Of a DNA stretch of 64,000 bases, positions 51,800-64,000 are shown one piece after another (the stretch's first letter is position 1; each line of letters opens with the position of its first letter). Source of the DNA: Octopus sinensis. Taxonomy: Eukaryota. The stretch lies in NCBI RefSeq assembly GCF_006345805.1, contig NC_043019.1, forward strand, positions 6,571,360 to 6,635,359. Reading direction: 5' to 3'. The translations under genes were made by a program, and so were the position numbers. Under the pieces are notes generated by a model. It had not been told where the DNA came from, made no database searches, and saw nothing but the letters and a program-made list of their open reading frames with translations.

Positions 51800-52270
51800 T
51801 ACAGCAAATCCGTACTCATCAAAGAATATGACGGCATCTCCGCCATCACCTTCCCCACCTCCTCTATGTCCTCCTCCTCCACTCTTCTCCATCTTCCTCC
51901 TCATACCGGTCTGCTCATCCTCACCTCTGCTTCCCTTCACCTCCCCTCATCATCATTCCCTTCCTCTTCCCCATTTCCTGCTCCTGCTCCTCCTCCTCCT
52001 CCTCATTTCCTCCTCCCATTTCATCCCCTCCTCCTCTTTCACACCTCCTCCTCCGCCGCCTCATCCTCTTCCTCCTTCTCGTCGCCCTCCTCCTCCGCAT
52101 TTTCCGCCACCCCCCATTTCCCTTCCTCTACATCGTCATCGTTGTCATCGTTGTTGCCGCTGTCGCTTCCACCACCGTCGCCACGTTTGCCCTCCTCTTC
52201 GTTTCCGTCCTCCTCCTCGTTAACGTCGTCGTGGCCGCCTTACCCGATGACGACGGCGACGACGACGTCA
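51800..52270. repeat. Degenerate (TCC/TCG)n pyrimidine-rich low-complexity tract
   Basis: Direct inspection. Confidence 0.85.
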
Positions 52271-52973
52271 ACGAGTCTTTTATAAAGGTGTGAAGATATC
52301 CATTTTTTTTTTGTTAATATGCATAATCATATTAATTCATGCGTCAGCTAATTAGTGAATATAAGCGTATACCTGTCAATATGTTTAAGTGTGTGTGTGT
52401 CCGTGTGTCCATGTGTCCGTGTGTCCATGTGTCCGTGTGTTTGTGTGTATGTGTGTGTAAATGTGTGTGCGTGTGTGTGTGCCGTGCACGCGCATAAGTA
52501 TGTCTTATTATTTCCTTTAAACTTTTTTATAGACTGATTCCAACAAAATTCTAATCAAAAACACTCCAGCCCTTAAAAAATTATTTTCTATTCCTCGTTG
52601 CATTGTACTAGAAGAAGTAAAGTATCGCTACGTCCGTATTTCTTTACTCAGATGGAAAGGTGTGTGCTGAGGGTAATTAGGCTACTGTTTCCAGGATATC
52701 GTGCAAAAAATGTACTGGCTTCCGCTATATTTTGTAATTAATAACGGCAATCCGGATGTTGCTGGTGATGGTCATATTTTCGCTCAACTCTTGGTTAGTT
52801 CTAATTATAAACATCTATTTGCCGAAAATTTTATATTGTGTTTTATTGTCACATTTAGAACCTAGAACTACCTGTAGGACTTTCTCGCAGAGCTCCCTTA
52901 GAGGAATCCCATTTCAACTTCTTGTATGAACGGCAACAGGCATTTATAATCACTACGCCATAAGTCCACAGGC

Positions 52974-53032
<59 letters not shown>

Positions 53033-53124
53033 ATTGTACAATATAAACAAGAAGGAAGTACTTTTTCGAACGTAACATAGCCGTTAAAACAGCAGAAATA
53101 AAGGGTAATTACCCTTACAAGGTA

Positions 53125-53200
53125 GTAGAAGTTGTCAACCACGGAATTCGAACCCATATCCTCCAGCACATCGGTTGAGTGCTTTACCATTAAGCTAATC
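53125..53200 (-). mobile_element. tRNA-derived SINE head/pseudo-tRNA
   Basis: tagcttaatgg A box and ggttcgaattcc B box, but no acceptor stem. Confidence 0.55.
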
Positions 53201-53354
53201 TGCCCGCTGACAACTCAATCACCGATTTTAGGCGCTAAAAGCTTTTGAACAATCACGTGTATATATATATAAGCAAAATCAAATTTTGGATTTATTAGAA
53301 GTGTTTGATTGTGTACTATACGATACAAACAAATAGGTGATATTTGCTTCTGTT

Positions 53355-53525
53355 TGTTCCCCACCACCGCTTGAAAACCGGTGTTGGCGTGTTTGCGTCC
53401 TCATAACTTAGCGGTTCGGCATAAGGGTGCAATAGAATAATTACCAAACTTGAAAAAACAAGACTAAACTACTTCAAATCGGTGCCCCAGCATGGTCACA
53501 GTCTCATGTCTGAGACAAGTAAAAA
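53355..53525 (+). mobile_element. SINE-A tail fragment
   Basis: cttagcggttcggc...ggtgccccagcatggtcacagtc...gacaagtaaaaaag. Confidence 0.7.
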
Positions 53526-53762
53526 AGAAAATGCTTCAAGAACTATAACTAGTAAACGAGTCACACTAAACTGTAACCTACACACTGGTTGACTGTCCAC
53601 ATAGGAATATTAAACATTCATTACCGATGGGCCTTCGTGCAAAAGGAAAAAAAATGTTGCAACACATTATTTATAGTTTGAATCTGGCGTTGCAATAAAA
53701 ATAAAATAAAAAGAAAAACAAATAAAACAATATGCACGCAGGCTCACAGATTTAAACACTCA

Positions 53763-53796
<34 letters not shown>

Positions 53797-54184
53797 AGCT
53801 CACACCACACACACTCACACTCACACTCACACAACACACACACAACTCACACTCACACACCACACCACACACACACACACACCCACACACTCACACGCAC
53901 ACACACAACACACACTCACACTCACACACACAACACACACACCACACACTCACACACACCACACACACACACACTCACACCCACACCACACACACACACA
54001 CAGACACACACACAGTGCGAAATTAAAAGACAAATCTTTATAATTCCACACGGTTCCAGGAAACATTTATAAACTAATTAATATCAACACCTCAAATATC
54101 GCATATTAGCCAAAACCTAACGAAGGAATATAAAAAAAATGAGAATATAATAGATAAAAAAATGAAAATGAAAAGTAAATGGAG

Positions 54185-54235
<51 letters not shown>

Positions 54236-54669
54236 GACGTTAAAGAAACAAAAGACTCATATAGAATACATACACCACTAGACACTCACAAACATACAAA
54301 CCCTACCGTACATGCGCATACGAGCACGAATTAATATAATTACGTTTATTGGAAAACAAAAGCAAAAAATGGGTATGTTAACACCTTTATAAAACTTTTA
54401 ATATCATCGCAGTAATTATCGTCGTCATCATCACTCTCTTAATCACCTCCGCCGTCGTCATGTTCGTTGTCGACACCGTCGTCATCATTATCATCATTGA
54501 TCATCAATCATCGTCTTCGTCGTCGTCATCAATCATCATTGTCGTCGTCGTCGTCGTTGTGGTCACCGTCATCACGATCATCACTGCTATCAGCAACATC
54601 ACCGCAAACATGGCCAACAGAAACACCAATAATTACTGACAGCAACAATATCATAATCGGGAGCATTAT

Positions 54670-55315
<646 letters not shown>

Positions 55316-55343
55316 TACTACTACTACTGCTACTACTACTACC

Positions 55344-55401
<58 letters not shown>

Positions 55402-55434
55402 ACTACTATTATCATTATTGTTATTATTATTATT

Positions 55435-55986
55435 GAGTGAGAGAGCAGTGCATGCCATCAAAGTGACACTGGGGTAAAATATACGAAGCCCAGTATACCC
55501 ATCATGACTGCCCGTCTGATAAGGGTACACCAGGCACATGCATCACAACCATATGTGCGCAACATGGTGATCTCATATCAAGATAAACAGCACATGACCT
55601 TGCATGTGGGGCCCAGTTAGAATTTTCTTCTGGTCGAGTAAACCATCCCACTCAAAAGGTCCCTGAATATGGGTTGTTTAAGGATGTTGAACAAAACACC
55701 CATGTTTCCAAATGTGAATTATTCAAACGCCAAAGAAATCCTTTCAACACACGGCTATGATGCTCCCCCACTACTTCTGCTCGTGATCAGAGATGCACAT
55801 ATCTTCAGTCACTAAGGGACATGCTCAACTGGTTAAGGTCAAGCAACTGACAAGCAAATCTGTGGTATTGAGCAGAATATTTGCTGCGGCCCATCTTTTA
55901 TACCAAGACAAAACGATGTACATGATAACATAATCAGTTAAAATCAGAAGCCATGAGAGCCACTTCCTGGAACTGCATCTGGGTAT
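55435..55986 (-). mobile_element. ~550-bp TAA-flanked element, copy 3 (longest 5' end)
   Basis: Closely similar to 13669-14205 and extends ~20 nt further 5' (atacccagatgcagttccagg). Confidence 0.88.
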
Positions 55987-55989
55987 TTA

Positions 55990-56608
55990 TTATTATCATT
56001 CTGTTTGACTTTCGCTTTGTATTTGTACAAGTTGACTCCAAGACTCACCCAGAGACGTCAAGAGAAACAAGTTAGAAGTTCATGTTGCTGTTATACCAAG
56101 GCTGTCATATATTTTCTTGGCAGATAAAGTCGTTCTATATCTGCTTTAGGGCGCTGCAATCTATGCATTGTCAACAGTTTTCATATTTTTCTGTCAAGAT
56201 TACGTATTTCAGTAATTGACCAGTTAAATCATATTGAAACTGTAAGTTACAAACGACCGGTATGGCTAAAGTATTGATTACTTCGATCCTGTTTCTTGCA
56301 TTCAGCTCTGTCTTGAGTATTGCCTTTACTCTGCGATAACATTATCTTCTGATCCTTTCCCTCATCATTGAATGCTTGATTCCGTCCCCTTCAAATATCC
56401 TTAGCTATTGTAGCCCTCCGCTGGTTCTAACTCCTTTATGACATTCTGCTGGTCAAGATTAGCGTTGGATGTTTCTGTTATTTTTCTGTCATTTGATAAA
56501 GGTAGCTTTTGCACATTCGTCGAGGCCAGATTGCATCCTGATGTCCTCAACAAATTGTTTAACAATTGCTAGTAAGCCCTGTAGTTGTTGATCATTTTTA
56601 GCAAAGAG
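55990..56608 (-). mobile_element. R4/Dong-type LINE fragment (RT C-terminal part joined to a 3'-end-like segment)
   Basis: LFAKNDQQLQGLLAIVKQFVEDIRMQSGLDECAK...IFEGDGIKHSMMREKIRR*CYRRVKAILKTELNARNRIEVINTLAIPVV; ends ...gtcaaacagaatgataataata. Confidence 0.85.
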
Positions 56609-58194
56609 AAAGAAAGAGAAAAAGAGAGAAAGAGAGGGAGTGAGAGAGGTAGAGAGAGAAAGAGTGAGAAATGAGAGAGAGAGAGAGTGAGTGAAAGTGT
56701 GAGAACGAGAGAGAGAAAGAGAGAAAGAGAAGGAGAGAGATAGAAAGTGAAAGAGAGAGCATAAGCGAGAGAGAGAGAAAGTGAGTGATTGAGAGAGATA
56801 ACTGGAGACTACACGAGAGAGAAAAGAAGAGGGAAAAGTGGAAGAGATAGAGATAAGGGCTGTTAACGTTTGGAGAATTTTGCTTTTATTCTGTTTTTGT
56901 ATAAAATCGCCATAAGATCGATTTTCGTCAAAGAACCAACACCACAAAATATATAAAATATGCATGAAAAGAAAATAACTTCACCGTTCAATGTCAGAAT
57001 AAAAAAAATGAAATCAAACTGAGTTTCACAGTAAGACGCGCGTAATTCTTACGAAAAAAATATTTTATCAGTTAAAAACCTCAATTTGAACAATTAGAAA
57101 GATTTTTGCTGACAACAACACCACCAACAACAACTGTAAAAGAAAAAAATATATATAAATTTTGCAAATCGAAGAAAACCACCCAATTTTAAAAGGAAGA
57201 ACAGCGGTCTCGAGTAAAGTAGTACGGTAGAATCAGCCATTTGTTCCTTGTCCTTTTTCTTTCGCTTGCATTGGTGGCCACAACGAGGTCTTAAACATAA
57301 GTGATCAAGCAAAAATTGGTAGAAACATAAGTGATCAAGCAAAAATTGGTAGAAAAGTCTAGCTAGAAAGGAAAAGCGTGACTATTTTACACGAGTTCTT
57401 GATTCAAGAGAGAGCAATGATGAATGCCATATATTCGAGTATTCGAGAAATTCAAGGTTTCTCCTCTTATACTGCTTCTTTCTACCCCTAGCACCAATGA
57501 TAACGATGATGACGAGGATGATGATGACGATGGTGATGATGATGAAGAGGAGGGGGTGTTGGAGTGGGAGGTACGAAGACGATGAGAATGTTGGTCGTAG
57601 CGTCGCTAACGATGTCGGAACTTGAATGATGAAGTCAGAAAAGCATCTGGTTTGATGGATGTCGTGGGCAGAGGATTTTTCGGTATTGGGATTATCCTCG
57701 TAGATCATGTTTTCTTATTTGCTCTTCTTTTTATTTCTGTTGTGGTCATTGCTGTGGCTAGTAATGTTGTTCTTGCAGTTGCTGCAGTCGTTTTGGTATT
57801 TCTTTTGGTTATTTTCGCTCGTTTTTGTTATGATTTTACGCGATTTTAGTCTCCGTTTCGCAAGTTCAGAAACTAGAACGGTAAAGACAACAGCGCAATT
57901 GAATTCCCCAAGTGGAGCTGATAAGAAAATAACCAGTCGCGTTAATGTTCGATTACGTAAGAAGAAGAATGGCCAAAGCAAAAACTAAACAAAACAAAAA
58001 GTAACCGAAAATTAAAACAAGGAGGAAAGAGAAAATTCATTTTACTCATGAAATGCTGTCTCGATAACGTTGTATGTGTTGAGGAAATTATGTGTGTATG
58101 TGTATGTGTGTGTATATGCGTATGTAAATATATATATATATATATGTATGTATATATATACATATATATACATATATATATATACATACATATG

Positions 58195-58313
<119 letters not shown>

Positions 58314-58401
58314 TATATACACCTTTATATGAGACCATATATCAACACAAACTCACACAGATACACACTCACGCATATATGCATATACATATATAAAGAT
58401 A

Positions 58402-58458
<57 letters not shown>

Positions 58459-58760
58459 CATACACATACATACCTACATATATACATGCATGTGTACTTA
58501 TATATTTATGGGTGTATAGATTGATGTAGATATGTAAGTATGTCTGTATACTTTGAAAAGTAAGCATTTGAAAACAATTAACGCGTGGGAGACAGATTAT
58601 GAAGAACGCACGAGATTAATCCTCAGCTCGAAGTCTGCAATAACCAATCACAAATGAGGCAATCGATATTGATAATAGCTACTAAAAGCAGACTGTCCAC
58701 TCTTCTGAAGTCGAACATTACAGATTGATACCATGGAAATGATAGTTCGAATGATGCTTT

Positions 58761-58804
<44 letters not shown>

Positions 58805-58861
58805 TTATTTTAATGTTATATACATAATATATATATATTGTATATATATATATTTATATTG

Positions 58862-58893
<32 letters not shown>

Positions 58894-59151
58894 ATTATAT
58901 TCATACATATATAATATATGAATATATATTGCATATACTTATTCATACACACGCAGTAACGCATATAAACATACATGCATATATATATATATTATATATA
59001 CTTCATATATATGTATGTAAGTATAATACCACACACATATATGTATATATATATAGATTATGTGTGTGTAATATTTATATAATATATATATATAATATAT
59101 ATATTATATATACATACATACATATATATATTTATATATATATTTATATTG

Positions 59152-59183
<32 letters not shown>

Positions 59184-59349
59184 ATTATATTCATACATAT
59201 ATAAATATATGAATATATATGTGCATATACTTATTCATACACACGCAGTAACGCATATAAACATACATGCATATATATATATATATATATATTCATATAT
59301 ATGTATGTAAGTATACATACACACACATATATGTATATATATATATATA

Positions 59350-59405
<56 letters not shown>

Positions 59406-59431
59406 CATACATACATACATACATACATACA

Positions 59432-59462
<31 letters not shown>

Positions 59463-60213
59463 TCATACGGAGACAAAAAGACAAGCGTGTCCGTGTGGTA
59501 AGTAGGCTAATTTCCGACAACATAGTTCTTGATTCTCTTCAACGACTTACCTGTTGTTCCGTTTTCTAATAGAATGAGCGATCACTAAAAATAACAATAA
59601 CAAGCAAGAATATGGATTGTATTAGTTTGATGCTCAATAAAAAGAGAGAGGCCTAGAAGTTTTGAGCATAGCTCTTCGTCGGATAAAGAAAAAATCCAAA
59701 GAAGGAAGAAATGTCGGACAGTATGTGTTTAGTTCCTTTGCTGAAGTGGCTTCAGCAATGTTAGCCAACTGTTACTGATTGAGGACTGCAATGCAGATAA
59801 ATAAATAAATAAATAATAAATAATAAGAAAATAATAAATAAATTGAAAATCCTCAAATTTCTTCAAAAATACTCCGATGTGGGATTTATGTTCCCTTTCC
59901 TGTCTGCTTAAAGCACGCCGGTTCAATAATTTGTCAGGCATGAAGCAAGACCGTGAACGAATTTAATTAATGAATAGTCTTGCTCTTTTTGGAAATTCCT
60001 GCTGGGATTCTAGGATTCACGCGCTATTAGGCACAATTAGGAATAGCGGGCAAAGGAAGAGTATTTCGTATCGTTGACAGAGTAACGAAGTCTCCATTTA
60101 TTTTCTAGAGCGGCCACTTGCTAGCGTGGCCATAGGCCAAACGTGTTCGAGTTTGATAAAACAACGTAAAGCTAAGAGCAATATGGACGTTAAACAGGGT
60201 AACCTCTTTAAAT

Positions 60214-60282
<69 letters not shown>

Positions 60283-60283
60283 C

Positions 60284-60361
<78 letters not shown>

Positions 60362-60385
60362 GATATATATATATATATATATATA

Positions 60386-60417
<32 letters not shown>

Positions 60418-60709
60418 GGTGGAGAAAATTCACAAAAAACAGGTGGTGTAGACAACAAACATATATATTAGTTTAACGCTCGGGAAGTGAAATGAGCCGC
60501 CTTTAATGTTTCGAGCATATGCTCTTCCACAGAAAGGAACACTGAAAGAAACAAGGAGAGAAAATAAAGAGTGTGTAGTGGCTAGCAATCTATCATGGCG
60601 AATATATAAGATCAATCACACACGCACACGCGTACACACACATACTATACGTACGCACATATGTACAGACATACGCATACACACATACACTCATACACAC
60701 ACAAATTTA

Positions 60710-60845
60710 TACGACGGCTTTCCATAGAGGTTCTTCAAACCGAATTTACTTACAAATTTATTAGTCGGGGTGCATAGCAATTTGACCAAGATTCCGCACA
60801 CTGACACTGAACTCGAAACCCCATGGTTGCAATGCAAGCTTATTG
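60710..60845 (-). mobile_element. Diverged SINE-A head fragment
   Basis: tacgacggctttcca...ttgaccaagattccgcacactgacactgaactcgaaaccccatggttgcaatgcaagctt. Confidence 0.55.
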
Positions 60846-61190
60846 TTATCTCTCGGGCAAGTTTTTCGGTCCTTCATTTCTTACATTCTAATGAACCGGG
60901 CCACATCCACACGATGGCTCCTGGGTGCACTTTTGATGAGGCACTTTAACCACTTAGATATCGGAGAATTGTGCATTTAAACCGTCTGGAGATTTCCATC
61001 TATTTATAAATCCTCTTCGTTGACTCGGCATTAAAACTGATATTTCGAATAATAAATAACGTTGGTTGTCTAGGTAGCAGTGAACTATTGACGTCACCAA
61101 GACGACTCTCGAAGAATTCCTTCCTTTTGTGCTAAAACACGAAAATATTGCCTTCAAACGGTACGAAATTCGTTTTTGTTACTCTTTAAC

Positions 61191-61375
61191 CAGAACCGGG
61201 AGGAACATTTCTCCGTGTCTTTGATATTGCCTTTAGGGCTTTGGGCCTGCTCTTCTTGAAGCCTGACAATTGTCTCATTAGATCTAAAGGAGATTTTGCA
61301 ACGAAAACATCTCTGGCTCCAGCCTCTGCGACGAGAACCATGATCTGAGAGTTTACTTCCATCAAGTTTATTGGC
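61191..61375 (-). CDS. Candidate 185-nt exon, product unknown
   Basis: Branch point and acceptor actgacgtttacttccttcag; two frames open across the segment; GC above flanks; donor weak (G|GTTAAA). Confidence 0.3.
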
Positions 61376-62040
61376 CTGAAGGAAGTAAACGTCAGTTTTG
61401 AACACTTGACTACTCGATTATTAACGGTCGACTTCATGATTAATATCATAGGAAATATCTATTTTCAAAATCCCTCTGAGACAATAAAGCACCGCAGTTC
61501 GATTCTTGTGACTACAACTACAAACCACAGGCATATTTTGTCTCTTCAAAGAATCTCATATCAAAATTAATCTTTTTCAACGTAAAATAGTATCAGCTTA
61601 GAAAGTCTGGTCTCTTGCAATTAGCCGTCCACTAATTAATCTTTATAAAAAAAAAACGAAAGAAAAAAAGAACATCGATCTTGTGAATTTATCTCTCCGG
61701 CTGGTGTTGCTGTTATTGTCCAAGCGACTTCACTGCAATAGAACAGAACATATTTCAATGCAGGCTTTGAAAAGTAGCATTTTAATTCTTTCATTGGCTT
61801 GGCAATTTCCAAATAAAATAAATTTGCGGCCCGTTAAACATACTAATTGATATCTTTGTCTAAAAGCTATTCGCTCCCGTCTGCAATGTCACATCGCAGA
61901 TAACTGAAGTCTATGACAAAAGCCAAGTTGAGCTTTTGAAACAGCAAAAAATAATTTGTCGGTCAAATCACCAGCAAACATTACATTGATTATTAATCCT
62001 TGTGCCTTTTAGCAATTTGCGCATGCACAGCACATATCTG

Positions 62041-62120
<80 letters not shown>

Positions 62121-62121
62121 G

Positions 62122-62160
<39 letters not shown>

Positions 62161-62207
62161 GTGAGTGTGTGTGTATATGTCTATGTGAGTGTGAGTGTAT
62201 ATGTACG

Positions 62208-62258
<51 letters not shown>

Positions 62259-62415
62259 TTATATGTATATATATATATATGCATGTATATATATATATAT
62301 ATATATACATTCACAATCACATCCTTCAAATCAACCGTCGATCCATACGTGTATATACATCCATCCATCAATACATACATACGTACATACATTCATTCAT
62401 ACATACATACATACA

Positions 62416-62449
<34 letters not shown>

Positions 62450-62770
62450 CATACATATATACATACATACATACATACATACATACCTGCCAGTAACCTT
62501 ACATATTTTCTGTTTAATGCGTAGAGGCCTGTATGAAAACATTCTCTTTAGAAGCCCTCGTGAAGCTCCACACCTAAAACCATCCTTTTATTGTATGCTC
62601 TGCCCCAATTGCCAGTCCACAACGTTCTGTATTTGAACAGTTCTGAGCTCGACTGTGAATTTTATTGTGTTTTCGGGTGGATATCAATAGAGACAAGAAT
62701 AAATCGGAAGGCAAAGTAAAGGTAGAGATGTTAAAGTGTAAGACAAAATAACTTGTTACGGTTATATATA

Positions 62771-63545
62771 TCAGTTTGAGTAAGAAGTGAGCAGCGTTTT
62801 AAAACATGAAAAACATTACAATATATTTCAACAGTGCGGAAATTTTATTCATCAAAGTAAGTACCATTATACAATAAACAAATTTGTGCCAACGAGTTAC
62901 AAGTTTGTTTATTCCGGTGGCATAAAAATATGGAGTTCTGGAACTGATGAACACTTTGAATGCAACTTCAGCATCGGTTTGATTTTTTAACTCTCCTCGC
63001 GGGAAACTATCAAGGTACTTGAAAAGTGGTAGTCGGTAGGAGAAATGTCTGGGGAATAAACTGGGTGGAGAAGAGCTTCGTAGCCAAGTTCCCTTAACTT
63101 GTGGAACGTCATTAGTGAAACGTGTGGTCGAGCATTGTCATGAAGAATGACTAATCTGGGTTGGAGAAGTAGCAGTTTTTCGTCAATTTTGGCAATTATA
63201 TGGCAATATATTTATACGGTAATGGTTTTTAGGGATTTTAAGAAGTTATAGTGCATGTGTCCAGCAGCACATCACCAAACAGTCACCATAACCTTTTTGA
63301 AAACCTCGGGTTTAGGGAAGGTTTTCGGTACACCATTTTGGTCCTACCACTGCGAAGAACGTTTTTTTATTATTATTGTACAGAATCCACTTTTCATAGC
63401 AAGTTACAATACGGTCGAGGAATGGATCGGTCAGTTTACGGAGAAGAATCGAAGAACAAATTTCATATCGGCGCATACTCTGATTTTCATTCAAACCGTA
63501 TAGAACCAATTTGTCGAGCTGTCTTGATTTTCTGATCGCATGCAA
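62771..63545 (-). mobile_element. Decayed mariner (DD34D) element
   Basis: FLDRIVTCYEKWILYNN, HDNARPH, HPVYSPDISPTDYH and GINKLVTRW motifs; TIR-like ta|tcagtttgagtaagaagtgagcagcgtttt at the left end. Confidence 0.92.
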
Positions 63546-63559
63546 ATGGTTCCAAGCAG

Positions 63560-63930
63560 TTCAAATTCCGCCGAGGTCGACTTTGCCTCTCATCCTTTCG
63601 GGGTCGATAAATTAAGTACCAGTTGCGTACTGGGGCCATTTAATCGACTGGCCCCTACTCCAGAATTTCGTGCCTTGTGCCTAGAGTAGAAAAGATTCTG
63701 ATAAGGTTACAAGGCGGGTGGCTGTCAGAATCGGTAGCGCGCCAGACGAAGTGCCCAGCAGTATTTCGCCTGTCTTTACGTTCTGAGTTCAAATTCCGCC
63801 GAGGTCGACTTTGACTTTCATCCTTTCGAGGTCGATAAATTAAGTACTAGTTACACACTGGAGTCTGTGTAATCGACTAGTCCCTTCCCATAAAATTTCA
63901 GGCCTGATGCCTATAATGGAAAGGATTGTA
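63560..63930 (+). mobile_element. Two tandem Meta/MESC-like SINE copies adjoining the mariner remnant
   Basis: gttcaaattccgccgaggtcgactttgcctctcatcctttcggggtcgataaattaagtaccag occurs twice. Confidence 0.88.
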
Positions 63931-64000
63931 AATTAACAACCACTTACCTACCATTTCTTTTTAACAATTATTCCAGTCACTGGAATGCCGGCCATGCTGG

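Noticed and set aside
51717-52285. Pro/Ser-rich ORFs (168 and 186 aa)
   Set aside because: Degenerate (TCC)n low-complexity DNA open in several frames; the 5' part overlaps the Tc1 remnant boundary.
53760-54012. Irregular (CA)n with interspersed ct/cc as a coded pattern
   Set aside because: The indel pattern is typical of slippage or long-read consensus noise in a dinucleotide repeat.
55950-55986. U1/U2 snRNA-like origin of the 550-bp element 5' end
   Set aside because: Only a ~13-nt resemblance (caggcagtgg versus U1 ctggcagggg) with no downstream continuation or Sm site; compatible with chance.

Overview
This window is eukaryotic, AT-rich and very rich in microsatellites. The tRNA-derived SINE families look like those of Octopus (coleoid cephalopod); this assignment is from recalled repeat families, not a database search. 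No host protein-coding gene can be identified with confidence, and most ORF-track entries are translations of simple repeats. Recognisable content: (i) at least three tRNA-headed SINE families (CORE-like and Meta/MESC-like central domains), including a 5-unit tandem SINE array; (ii) decayed retroelements: R4/Dong-type LINE fragments, an RTE-type LINE 3' end, several Penelope-like (GIY-YIG) fragments and a possible gag-like relic; (iii) decayed mariner and Tc1 transposases, a mariner MITE, Helitron-like ends and long palindromic foldback elements; (iv) hammerhead-ribozyme motifs; (v) a few weak candidate exons and enhancer/promoter-like unique islands. The most notable pattern is a set of elements ending in (AAT)n that sit at TAA microsatellites in one orientation and stack head-to-tail. 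These are R4/Dong LINE fragments, a ~550-bp element with no tRNA head (3 copies) and a minimal tRNA SINE. All coordinates and alignments were read by eye; repeat boundaries are approximate (about +/-10-20 nt unless stated).
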